Below, piece by piece: positions 46,737 to 55,063 of a stretch of DNA of 64,000 nt. The first letter of the stretch is position 1; every line of letters starts with the position of its first letter. A model generated the notes under the pieces. It saw nothing but the letters and a program-made list of their open reading frames with translations. It searched no databases and was not told the origin of the DNA. The position numbers and the translations under genes were made by a program. Source of the stretch: Rhodospirillaceae bacterium (GTDB lineage: Bacteria; Pseudomonadota; Alphaproteobacteria; Rhodospirillales; Rhodospirillaceae). Location of the stretch: contig NSIP01000001.1 in the NCBI GenBank assembly GCA_002737725.1, forward strand, positions 272,921 to 336,920, written 5' to 3'.

Positions 46737-47489
46737 TTATTGTTTTGTAATGCACGACGCGCCCGCACCAATTTGCGCAGCCCGCGCCTGAATCGTTTCT
46801 GCGCGCGTGCGAACATATGGGCCAGGTTTGGATGCTGACCATCGCCGGGGGCTGGGCAAAACGGCGGCCAACAAAGCAGCCTCATGTGTCGAAAGCGTTG
46901 CCGCACTTTTGTTGAAGTGATGCCGGGCGGCAGCTTCGGCTCCGTAAATGCCCGGGCCCCACTCAACCACATTCAAATAGACCTCGATTGTGCGTGCCTT
47001 GCTCCAGAGTGCTTCAATGTACAACGTTAGCCAGGCTTCCAGGCCTTTGCGCACAAAATTTCGCCCCGGCCATAGAAAAACATTCTTTGCGGTTTGCATG
47101 GTGATGGTGCTGCCGCCCCGAAGCCGACCGCCGCGCTCGTTATTATCCCACGCTTTTTGCAACGCGTCCGGCTCGAAGCCATGGTGAGTGCAAAATGTTG
47201 TATCCTCGGCCACGATCACGCTGCGTTGCAAATCGAGGGAGATATTGCTCAGCGGAACCCATTCTTTTTCCATCGTCAGCCCATCAGCGGCACGAATGAG
47301 CATGAGCGGCGTTATTGGAATGGGTACGAGTGCATACAGCAACGTGAGAAGCGCCGGAGATATGATGATAACAAGCGCGCCCCGCAGGATGAGGCGTCGC
47401 CAGCGTGGTGCAAGTTTGGATTCGGGCGTCATGCGAGCAGATATAAAGAAGGTCCAAAATGTGGCATCCGCCGGAGATACGAAGGCCAC
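46737..47489 (-). CDS. mtgA: Monofunctional peptidoglycan glycosyltransferase
   Basis: N-terminal TM anchor and GT51 motifs EDTTFCTHHGFE, GGSTITMQTAKN and RKGLEAW. Confidence 0.9.
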   Translation of the reverse strand: MAFVSPADATFWTFFISARMTPESKLAPRWRRLILRGALVIIISPALLTLLYALVPIPITPLMLIRAADGLTMEKEWVPLSNISLDLQRSVIVAEDTTFCTHHGFEPDALQKAWDNNERGGRLRGGSTITMQTAKNVFLWPGRNFVRKGLEAWLTLYIEALWSKARTIEVYLNVVEWGPGIYGAEAAARHHFNKSAATLSTHEAALLAAVLPSPRRWSASKPGPYVRTRAETIQARAAQIGAGASCITKQ

Positions 47490-47651
47490 CCACTACCTAT
47501 TGTACGCGCTTGAATCGTTGAACCACAGGCGGCAGTCATCACCGCAAAACCCCAGAAAACCTATGGTTTGCATGGATTCGTAACGATTCTTAGATTATTT
47601 ATAACTCAAATAAGAACCGGCTCCCATGCAGGGTGCCGATACGAGGGAACG

Positions 47652-48167
47652 ATGAGACAAGAACCTTGGTACAAGCGGTTTGCCGCTTGGCGTCGTCGCC
47701 AAGCGTGGTGGCCGACCAAAATGATCACGGAACGGCATAGCTCCGAGCCGTATCTGGAACGCATTTCTCTGATTAAAATTCCAGGCCTTTTCCAGCTTGC
47801 CATTCATCGCTTCTGGAAATCAGACGACGACGGTGGCTTGCACGATCATCCCTGGCTGTTCTGGGGCTCGCTCATTCTTGAAGGCGGTTATGACGAGCAT
47901 TTGCCGGGCGGAAAGATAGCCAAGCGCGCGCCCGGCGCGTTGCGTCTACGTCATGCCTGGACACAGCACCGCATTGTGATTCCCGAAGATGGCTCCGAAG
48001 TTTGGACGATCTTTATGATGGGCCCCAAAATCCGCGCCTGGGGCTTTATCCCCGACACCACGCGCATCTGGATGCACTGGAGGCCTTATCTGGAAATGCG
48101 CGCTGCCGAAGGCCGCCTGCGCGCCGTACAACCAAGCGCGTCAACCCAGCACAAACTCGCAGCTTAG
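47652..48167 (+). CDS. Hypothetical protein with HDHPW motif
   Basis: Start at ATG 47652 behind GAGGGA, with a conserved-looking LHDHPWLFWGSLILEGGY. No family is recognised. Confidence 0.55.
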   Translation: MRQEPWYKRFAAWRRRQAWWPTKMITERHSSEPYLERISLIKIPGLFQLAIHRFWKSDDDGGLHDHPWLFWGSLILEGGYDEHLPGGKIAKRAPGALRLRHAWTQHRIVIPEDGSEVWTIFMMGPKIRAWGFIPDTTRIWMHWRPYLEMRAAEGRLRAVQPSASTQHKLAA

Positions 48168-48265
48168 TGTTTGCTCGACGTTGAGTCTGCATAAGCAACG
48201 GCCAAAATAAAGATCACCATCGCGGTAATCACCAGTGCCAAATACGCCACCTCACCGTTCTCCAT
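48164..48265 (-). CDS. Possible 33-aa single-TM peptide
   Basis: MENGEVAYLALVITAMVIFILAVAYADSTSSKH with GAGGAAA 8 nt upstream. It overlaps the convergent stop by 4 nt. The support is weak. Confidence 0.25.
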   Translation of the reverse strand: MENGEVAYLALVITAMVIFILAVAYADSTSSKH

Positions 48266-48356
48266 CGCGCGTTTCCTCGGTTGATTACGACGCGGAGAAC
48301 AATGAATTAAGTGGTCAAGGCTGACCTTGATCGAGGTCAAAAAATGATTTCGCCCC

Positions 48357-48420
48357 AGCGTCGTGCGGAAAAGTGGATACCGGTTTTCCGCAAAAAACGA
48401 CGCGACCAAACAATAACTTC
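48357..48420 (+). repeat. Intergenic repeat, family 2
   Basis: AGCGTCGTGCGGAAAAGTGGATACCGGTTTTCCGCAAAAAACGACGCGACCAAACAATAACTTC. It has nested stems: CGTCGT/ACGACG outside and GCGGAAAA/TTTTCCGC inside. Confidence 0.75.
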
Positions 48421-48456
48421 GAGCAAGCAGCCGATCCTAACTTAACGCTGATTGCA

Positions 48457-49485
48457 CTATATTAATTTGCGCGAGAACAACTCGTCTTTCAAATAGGCGT
48501 AATAGATGGGTGCTGCGATCAGGCCGGGGATGCCGAAGAAAGCTTCCATCGCCAACATCGCTACCAGAATTTCCCAGGCCTTGGCCCGAATGCGAGTGCC
48601 AATGATACGCGCGTTCACGAAGTATTCCAGTTTGTGAATAATCACCAAAAAAGCCAAGGAACTTGCGGCAACTAAAGGTGAAATACTCAAACTCACCACA
48701 ACGATGACGGTGTTCGAAATCAAATTTCCCAAAACCGGCAACAGGCCCGCAAAGAATGTGACGGCAATGATGGTTTTGATAAAGGGCAGCTCAACGCCAA
48801 AGAGTGGTAGAGCCACCACCAAGTAGATCGAGGTCAAAAATGTGTTCAGTGCCGAAATGCGCACTTGCGAAAACACAACACTTCGGAATGCTCCGCTGAG
48901 AGTTTGCATGCGCCCCTGCAAGGCTTGCGCCAAGGGGCCGGGCACGCGATCGTCGTTACCAGCCTGGAAGGCAACAATGCCGCCGATGATTAAGCCAATA
49001 ATGACGTGAAAAAGAAATTTTCCGATATCTTGACTGATGACCCCCAACTGTCCGGCATTCTCACTCAGCCAGCGGGCCGCGACGCCCTGGAGATCTTCGA
49101 GATTCGTTGGCAGGTACTCCAGCGCCCAAGGCGGAACCTGGGCCCGTGCTGTACTGATTACCTCGGCCATTTTTTGCAACAAGACGGCAAGGTTATCGAA
49201 CCCGCGTGTCAACAACGAGACTAGCTCAACAACTCCTAACGTAATGCCCAACCCAATCAGCACAGCGATAACAGTCACCGCCACGGTGGTGCCCAGATTG
49301 CGGTTCATGCCAACCCGCAGCAAAACCGGGGCGGCGAACTGGACCAGCTGATAGATTAAAAGCCCCGACAACAGGGCTGACAACAGGCCAAATTTAAGGG
49401 TGGCATAGAGCGCCAGCACGGCGAAAAGCAGCGAGACCGTTTCAAACGTTTCTGTCTTGGTAGGATCAATCAAGGGCTTATGCAT
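48457..49485 (-). CDS. AI-2E family transporter (PerM/YhhT-like)
   Basis: 342 aa with about 8 TM spans and a family-typical C-terminal half (LGNLISNTVIVVV...IHKLEYFVNARIIG). Confidence 0.82.
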   Translation of the reverse strand: MHKPLIDPTKTETFETVSLLFAVLALYATLKFGLLSALLSGLLIYQLVQFAAPVLLRVGMNRNLGTTVAVTVIAVLIGLGITLGVVELVSLLTRGFDNLAVLLQKMAEVISTARAQVPPWALEYLPTNLEDLQGVAARWLSENAGQLGVISQDIGKFLFHVIIGLIIGGIVAFQAGNDDRVPGPLAQALQGRMQTLSGAFRSVVFSQVRISALNTFLTSIYLVVALPLFGVELPFIKTIIAVTFFAGLLPVLGNLISNTVIVVVSLSISPLVAASSLAFLVIIHKLEYFVNARIIGTRIRAKAWEILVAMLAMEAFFGIPGLIAAPIYYAYLKDELFSRKLI

Positions 49486-49575
49486 GGCTCAACATACCGA
49501 ATCTCGTTACTCTCCGCGAGGCCCCACGGGCGTAATTTAATCTAGTTATGGATGCGCACCCCCTGCGAGTAGGCT

Positions 49576-51027
49576 ATGGTTAAGCGGATCTTAAACAGTG
49601 AATCGAGTGCCATGCTTGAAAAAAACAAACCGGACGCCATGCAGCCCCACGCTGTGATTGAAGCCGAGGAGTTTGTCGACGCTCGTGTGACGCCGCAAGG
49701 CAGTTTGGAGACGCTGTCTCACGACGAAGTCGCAAAATTGCTTGATCGGGGACAGGGAGGCTTGTATCCGCTGTTTCGTCGCTGTGCGCTGGCGGTGTTG
49801 AGCTCGGGCAGCGACAGCGACGATGCCTTTGAGTTATTCGAAAAGCATAAAGATTTTGAAATCCGGATTGTCCAGCAGTCTTGGGGCATCAAGCTTGAGA
49901 TGACACAAGCTCCCGTCGTGGCTTTTGTCGACGGCAAGATGATCAGGGGCGTGAAGGAACACCTTTTTGCGGTCCTGCGCGATATCGTCTACATCACCAA
50001 TGAAATTGTCGAGAGTGGGCGGTTTAATCTCGCCGAGCCCGAGAGTATTACGAACGCCGTTTTTTGTATTTTGCGCAATGCGCGATTGCTCGACGCCAAA
50101 GGCCGGCCCGACCTTGTTGTCTGTTGGGGTGGGCATTCTATTTCGCGAGACGAATACGACTACACGAAGAGGGTTGGGTACGAGCTTGGTTTGCGTGGCT
50201 TGAACGTCTGCACAGGCTGCGGCCCCGGCGCCATGAAGGGCCCCATGAAGGGGGCCACCATCGGTCACTCCAAGCAGCGGGTCAGCACCGGGCGTTATAT
50301 CGGGCTGACCGAGCCCAGCATCGTTGCGGCGGAATCGCCCAACCCCATTGTCAATCATCTCGTCATCATGCCCGATATTGAAAAGCGGCTTGAGGCGTTT
50401 GTGCGACTGGGTCATGGCATCATTGTTTTTCCGGGCGGCGTCGGCACAGCAGAAGAAATTTTGTACCTGTTGGGCGTTCTGCTTGACCCTGCCAATGCGA
50501 AGCAACCGATGCCGGTTGTGTTCACCGGCCCTGCGTCGGCAGCGGAATACTTTCAACGGATGGACGAGTTTGTGGGCGTCTCGCTGGGCAAGGAAGCTCA
50601 GGCGCGGTACAAAATTATCATCGACGATCCGGCCGAAGTTTCGCGCGTCATGCACGCAGGGTTGGGACACGTCCACAACCATCGCCGCGCGACGGGCGAT
50701 GCCTATAACTTCAATTGGAATCTCCATATTCCTCGCGACTTTCAGCTTCCTTTCGATGTTACCCACGAAAGCGTGGGTGCCCTTGATCTGCACCTTGATC
50801 GCCCCGTTCATGTGCGCGCTGCAAATCTGCGCCGGATGTTCTCGGCCTTGGTGTCGGGAAATATCAAGGAAGCGGGGGTGCGGCAGATCGAAGCCAAAGG
50901 GCCTTTCGAGATTCATGGCGATAAGGTTCTGCTGGGGCACTTAGATGATTTGCTGGCTCAATTCGTTGCACAGAAGCGCATGAAGATATCTGGTGAATAC
51001 AAGCCAGTGTACAAAATCGCCTCTTAA
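49576..51027 (+). CDS. ppnN: Nucleotide 5'-monophosphate nucleosidase PpnN (LOG-family, YgdH-like)
   Basis: Collinear with my recollection of E. coli PpnN: VVCWGGHSI, CTGCGPGAMKGPMKGA, TEPSIVAAESPNP, the PGGVGTAEE LOG motif and DDLLAQFVAQKRMK. Confidence 0.9.
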   Translation: MVKRILNSESSAMLEKNKPDAMQPHAVIEAEEFVDARVTPQGSLETLSHDEVAKLLDRGQGGLYPLFRRCALAVLSSGSDSDDAFELFEKHKDFEIRIVQQSWGIKLEMTQAPVVAFVDGKMIRGVKEHLFAVLRDIVYITNEIVESGRFNLAEPESITNAVFCILRNARLLDAKGRPDLVVCWGGHSISRDEYDYTKRVGYELGLRGLNVCTGCGPGAMKGPMKGATIGHSKQRVSTGRYIGLTEPSIVAAESPNPIVNHLVIMPDIEKRLEAFVRLGHGIIVFPGGVGTAEEILYLLGVLLDPANAKQPMPVVFTGPASAAEYFQRMDEFVGVSLGKEAQARYKIIIDDPAEVSRVMHAGLGHVHNHRRATGDAYNFNWNLHIPRDFQLPFDVTHESVGALDLHLDRPVHVRAANLRRMFSALVSGNIKEAGVRQIEAKGPFEIHGDKVLLGHLDDLLAQFVAQKRMKISGEYKPVYKIAS

Positions 51028-51326
51028 GGGCCTACTGATTGCGATTCGGTGTTTTGGGCCTATTCAGCGGACAATTCATTGACGTTGATCGTTAATGATA
51101 TTGCGCGTCAGCGCGGGATCGCGCAGATGCTCCCGCCGATTGATCAAGACCTTGAAGCTTGGCTTAGTGCTTTTCAATGCCAACGCCAAGCCCTGCTGAC
51201 GCCATAAGGCCAAGAAAACCTTGAAGCGTAGCTTCAAGCCGTCGATCTCGAATCGACCAATACTTAAAAAACCACGCATTAGTATTTTATGAGCGTCAGC
51301 CGCAGGCTGGCGCTTCTGTATTGAAT

Positions 51327-51923
51327 CTATTTCGCAGGCTCAGCCACAGGTGCGGCTTCCATGGGCGCTGCCACGACGATGGTGGCTATTGGGTTTGCAT
51401 CGCGCCATTTTTTCACGGCGGCCAATGTATTGGTCACATGCTCTTCGTGTGACAACGCTGAATACGCGTAGATGATCTTCTTATCAGGCGAGATCACATA
51501 CGATGTGCGATCCGACATTGGCAAAAATTTCATCAACACGGCATCGTAAGCCTTCATGATTTTCTTGTCTTCATCAGAGCCAACGGCGAATTTGCTGCCA
51601 CAATCTGCTGTGGAAAATCTTTTCAACGTTTCGATGTCATCCTTGGACATGCCAATAATCGTGGCCCCCATGGACTTGAACTGCTCAGAGGCATCGGCGA
51701 ACGCGCGCGCTTCTAAGCTACAGCCTTTGGTGAAGGCGGCGGGGTAGAAGTACAACACCACCGGGCCGGTTTTCAGTGCTTCATCCAATGAGAAGGTGAA
51801 CTCATTGCCTGCCAAGGCCGCCTTGGTCGTGAAGGTGGCTGCTGCGTCGCCTTCCTTCAGCGTGGCGTAGGCTGGAATGGTAAGTGCGCTGCTCAGCAAA
51901 GCAAGGGTGAAAAGACGTTTCAT
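51327..51923 (-). CDS. Periplasmic peroxiredoxin (AhpC/TSA-Bcp-like)
   Basis: Signal peptide MKRLFTLALLSSALTIPAYA and the peroxidatic Cys motif YFYPAAFTKGCSLEA. Confidence 0.85.
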   Translation of the reverse strand: MKRLFTLALLSSALTIPAYATLKEGDAAATFTTKAALAGNEFTFSLDEALKTGPVVLYFYPAAFTKGCSLEARAFADASEQFKSMGATIIGMSKDDIETLKRFSTADCGSKFAVGSDEDKKIMKAYDAVLMKFLPMSDRTSYVISPDKKIIYAYSALSHEEHVTNTLAAVKKWRDANPIATIVVAAPMEAAPVAEPAK

Positions 51924-51983
51924 AATGATTCTCTTTGGTTGTTATGATCGCATCGGTTCAGATGCGATTGAACGTGATTCTTC

Positions 51984-52511
51984 TTAAGCGGGGGTTTTGG
52001 CTTCAAACAATTCGATTTTAAAAATCAACACCGAGCCGCCGGGAATTCCGCCCGTGCCACGGTTGCCGTAACCCAGGTTGGCGGGGATCGCGAACTCCCA
52101 CACTTCGCGCACGCGCATCATTGGCACACCTTCTTGCCAGCCTTGAATGACCCCGTCCAAGGGGAACGAGATCTTCTCATTGCGCGCATAAGAGCTATCG
52201 AAGATTTCGCCGTTAATCAGCCGGCCTTCATAATGCACGGTTACTTCGCTTCCCGGCGCGGGCTTAGGCGTCGTGCCGTCACCCGCCTTCAGAACGATAT
52301 ATTGAATGCCGCTGGGCGTGGCTTGCCAGCCGGGCTTCTTGATGTTCTCGGCCATAAATGCGGCTTGTTGTGAGGGCCAATCCATTGTCTTTTCCTGTTC
52401 AACCGGGGTTACGGCCACGGTGCTACCCGATTGTGTGCCGCTCGTCATGAAAAAAGCCACAGCGCCCGCAATAACAAGCGCCAGCGCCGCGACCATCATC
52501 CAAGGTTTCAT
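51984..52511 (-). CDS. FKBP-type peptidyl-prolyl cis-trans isomerase (membrane-anchored or secreted)
   Basis: N-terminal hydrophobic segment and an FKBP core VHYEGRLINGEIFDSS...GVIQGWQEG...LIFKIELF. Confidence 0.9.
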   Translation of the reverse strand: MKPWMMVAALALVIAGAVAFFMTSGTQSGSTVAVTPVEQEKTMDWPSQQAAFMAENIKKPGWQATPSGIQYIVLKAGDGTTPKPAPGSEVTVHYEGRLINGEIFDSSYARNEKISFPLDGVIQGWQEGVPMMRVREVWEFAIPANLGYGNRGTGGIPGGSVLIFKIELFEAKTPA

Positions 52512-52548
52512 GGGTCTTCCTTTTGAGAACGTAAGTCTGAAGGTGCGT

Positions 52549-53400
52549 TTACACCAAGGCCGACTTGAATAACGCCGTCAGGCGTTCGTACGCACGGTCG
52601 GCTGCCGTGGGGTTATGAACCGGGCTGCCGGGTACACACCAGCCGTGTTTCGTATCGGTGTACACTTCAACCTCGGCCTGCACTTTGTTGGCCGCAAATG
52701 CGGCCTTAAGCACATCTTTGGCGTCGAGTTGTTTGGCGTCGTCATCGGTAGCAATCGCAATCAGCATTTTTGCTTTCATCTTGGGAATCATCAGGTGCGG
52801 GCTTTCGGGTTTATCGGTCACCAAGCCACCGCCATGGAACGATCCGGCCGCGCCAATGCGCCCGGGCAAACTGGCAGCCGTGCGCATGATTAATGGCCCG
52901 CCCATGCAATAGCCCGAGGTGCCAATCTTCGCACTTTTCTTTACTTGTGATTGTGCATCCAGCCACGCCACAAATGCCGCGGCGTCGCGCTCGGCGGCGC
53001 CTGGGGCAACGAGCGCACCCATCAACTGCATCATTTTCCCGCGTGCGTCGGGGTCTTGGAAGTTCAGACCCAATCCCGTCGGCGGAACTTTGCCGCTGCG
53101 ATAGAAAGGGTTGGGCGTCAGCACGGTGTAGCCTTCGCCGGCTAAGCGGCGCGCCATATCGCGGAACGCAGGCCGCAGCCCCATAATGTCGGTCCACACC
53201 AATACGCCTGGGTGCGTCCCGGTGGTGGGGTGGGTCAGCACCGCATCAGCCACGCCATCGGGTGTTTTAATTTCCACATCGGTCTCGGTCACAGCCATGG
53301 CAGCCTGGGCTGATGTTGATGCGGCCACAGCACCGGCAGCTAAAGTCAGTGTGCCAAACTCGCGACGCGATAAATCGGTGAAACAAACGTCATCGCACAT
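52549..53400 (-). CDS. Dienelactone hydrolase family protein with Tat signal
   Basis: Twin-arginine motif SRREFGTL and a Cys nucleophile elbow GYCMGG. Confidence 0.85.
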   Translation of the reverse strand: MCDDVCFTDLSRREFGTLTLAAGAVAASTSAQAAMAVTETDVEIKTPDGVADAVLTHPTTGTHPGVLVWTDIMGLRPAFRDMARRLAGEGYTVLTPNPFYRSGKVPPTGLGLNFQDPDARGKMMQLMGALVAPGAAERDAAAFVAWLDAQSQVKKSAKIGTSGYCMGGPLIMRTAASLPGRIGAAGSFHGGGLVTDKPESPHLMIPKMKAKMLIAIATDDDAKQLDAKDVLKAAFAANKVQAEVEVYTDTKHGWCVPGSPVHNPTAADRAYERLTALFKSALV

Positions 53401-54034
53401 ATGAAATCCTCCCAGGGGTTATCTGTGTTGACCCCACTAATATGCCGCAGGGCCGGGCTCTTTGACACTGCAAAACAGAGTTGCAAAACAAAGATGATGA
53501 GGCCTTCGAGCGTAGCGCGGGCCCTAGTTTTCCGCACGACGAGGTCAGCATGTCCAGCGCGGGCCGGCCAGCGTCAATCCGCCCGATCTTAATGGGCTCA
53601 AAGTACGCCACCGCCGGCTGGAATTAGGAGAATTTCTTGACCTCGTTGCCAGCCCTTCGCATGAACAGGTGTTTAACCCCGTCTGCAGCGAGATCATTAG
53701 CGCCATTATAGATGACCAGCGCGAGCCATGGTCGGCGGTTGCGGCAATCATTAGAAGTTGGCAATCAGCGTGGAAGCCAGCGCGCCAGGGCAGAAGATTC
53801 CAGCGTGAAATCGCTTCCAATCGTGACCCCTCTGATTCCGCATGAGATCAATGGGCTGAGAGACTTCACGGGTGGGGTCATTGTTGGGCGTGATTTTACA
53901 GGTATGGCAAAGCGCCGCAGCTCGGAGGAGCGCTGCCATTAGTTGCGCACCAGTTTCGTACCTTTCGGGGGACAAGCGGGGGACAAATCGGATTTTGGGC
54001 CCTTTTCACGAGGCCTAAAGTACAGCTAAGTCAT

Positions 54035-54111
54035 TGGCGTCCCCGGCGGGATTCGAACCCACGACCCCCAGATTAGGAATCTGGTGCTCTATCCAGCTGA
54101 GCTACGGGAAC
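54035..54111 (-). tRNA. tRNA-Arg (anticodon CCT), CCA encoded
   Basis: The reverse complement GTTCCCGTAGCTCAGCTGGATAGAGCACCAGATTCCTAATCTGGGGGTCGTGGGTTCGAATCCCGCCGGGGACGCCA folds as a cloverleaf. It has a 7-bp acceptor stem, anticodon loop TTCCTAA and T-loop TTCGAAT. Confidence 0.95.
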
Positions 54112-54182
54112 TGAACCAACGCCAGCACGCGGTGCGTTTATATCAGGCCCGTGTGCGCCGCACTAGATCGGCGCTCAAGCCC

Positions 54183-54244
54183 ACCTTTTTTGATTAGTCT
54201 CATTTTTCACGCCAAGTGGAAGGCCACTTCTCGGGAAAATGCTC
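54183..54244 (-). repeat. Intergenic repeat, family 1
   Basis: In gene sense it reads TAG|GAGCATTTTCCCGAGAAGTGGCCTTCCACTTGGCGTGAAAAATGAGACTAATCAAAAAAGG, starting at the DUF1150 stop. It contains the hairpin AAGTGG-CCTT-CCACTT. Confidence 0.8.
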
Positions 54245-54514
54245 CTAGTGCACCCACAATGGCTCGAGGTTGTTTTGCTTTACGGCAACCCAGGCCTGCG
54301 CGAAGGTTTCAGCGGAGCCGAGCGTGTCGCCGGTGGCTGCGTGAATGCTCCACATCGGCATATCGTTCACCATGGCCTGGCGTACATAGGCCACTTGGTT
54401 GAGGCCAAGCCTTGAGAAATCGACCATGGCGGACGCCACCAAGGGTAACGTGACGTCGGGTTGGGGGGTGGCTACATCTGTCTCGGTTTTTTTCGTCATG
54501 GCGCTGTCTTTCAT
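54245..54514 (-). CDS. DUF1150 family protein
   Basis: The C-terminal part NQVAYVRQAMVNDMPMWSIHAATGDTLGSAETFAQAWVAVKQNNLEPLWVH, and its position directly after hsp20, fit the alphaproteobacterial Hsp20-DUF1150 pair. The start is 54514 or 54499. Confidence 0.75.
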   Translation of the reverse strand: MKDSAMTKKTETDVATPQPDVTLPLVASAMVDFSRLGLNQVAYVRQAMVNDMPMWSIHAATGDTLGSAETFAQAWVAVKQNNLEPLWVH

Positions 54515-54531
54515 GGAGGTGCGGTAACGGA

Positions 54532-54990
54532 TCACGTATTGGGGTCAACGTCGATAGTTTTGGTGGTTGTTTTCGCTGCTGCGCTTTTGATTTTCACTTG
54601 GGTCACTTTAGGCTGTGGCACGGGCCGTTCCAAATCCACATGCAACAAACCATTGCTGATCTCGGCGCCGCGCACTTCAATACCCTCGGCCAACACAAAG
54701 CTGCGCGTGAATTGCCGGGCGGCAATGCCGCGGTGCAGATAGATGCGGTTAGTGGTGTCGTTGTGTTGTTTGCCGCGAATGACCAACTGATTGTCTTCAA
54801 CGTTGACCGACAAGTCCTCGTCGCAGAATCCGGCCACGGCCAAGGTAATGCGCAGCCGATGTTCGCCGGTTTGTTCGATGTTGTAGGGCGGGTAGCCTTC
54901 GGCCGCCGTCTTGTTGACGCGGTCGAGGACACGTTCGATATGGTCGAAGCCCAACAGCAGCGGGCTCGAAAAAACTGAAACCCTCGTCAT
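54532..54990 (-). CDS. Small heat-shock protein (Hsp20/IbpA family)
   Basis: Start at ATG 54990 behind GAGGAG. The alpha-crystallin core is YPPYNIEQTGEHRLRITLAVAGFCDEDLSVNVEDNQLVIRG. Confidence 0.92.
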   Translation of the reverse strand: MTRVSVFSSPLLLGFDHIERVLDRVNKTAAEGYPPYNIEQTGEHRLRITLAVAGFCDEDLSVNVEDNQLVIRGKQHNDTTNRIYLHRGIAARQFTRSFVLAEGIEVRGAEISNGLLHVDLERPVPQPKVTQVKIKSAAAKTTTKTIDVDPNT

Positions 54991-55056
54991 GCTCCGTCTC
55001 CTCGGGTGGTGAGCGAGACCGCCAATAGGCCCGTTCAGCATGAACCAGGCTCTTGC
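54991..55056 (-). promoter_or_regulatory. ROSE-like RNA thermometer candidate in the hsp20 5' UTR
   Basis: The leader ends ...GGUCUCGCUCACCACCCGAGGAGACGGAGCAUG. GUCUC(G)CUC pairs with GAGGAGAC (the Shine-Dalgarno) leaving one bulged G, and UCGCU matches the ROSE U(U/C)GCU anti-SD motif. Confidence 0.5.
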
Positions 55057-55063
55057 ACCTCTT

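Noticed and set aside
49834-50940. A 368-aa minus-strand ORF, plus many other long ORFs in the track: 50324-50944 (+), 28542-29087 (-), 28936-29598 (-), 9010-9417 (+), 12964-13428 (+), 39322-39825 (+), 41803-42369 (+), 43188-43721 (-) and 56199-56696 (+).
   Set aside because: Each lies antisense to, or out of frame within, a gene with strong family motifs (ppnN, cox genes, ALDH, LivM, the TonB receptor, GST, AspDH, the hydrolases). Their Arg/Ser/Pro/Gly-rich, low-complexity composition is typical of shadow ORFs in GC-rich DNA.
51076-51279. A 67-aa minus-strand ORF in the 300-bp spacer after ppnN as a real gene.
   Set aside because: It has no recognisable motif and no clear SD. The opposite strand is equally open (LTLIVNDIARQRGIAQMLPPIDQDLEAWLSAF...). 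It is left unannotated and may be a gene remnant.
51947-51968. The 8-bp hairpin ATCGCATC-GGTTCA-GATGCGAT between the FKBP and peroxiredoxin genes as a terminator.
   Set aside because: On the transcribed (minus) strand it is not followed by a U-tract, and the downstream gene starts 24 nt later. It is more likely an intercistronic stem-loop than a terminator.
53401-54111. A genomic island or prophage integrated at tRNA-Arg.
   Set aside because: No integrase, excisionase or phage-like ORF is present. I could not find a direct repeat of the tRNA 3' end (GGATTCGAACCC...) elsewhere in the window. The flanking genes are ordinary housekeeping types.
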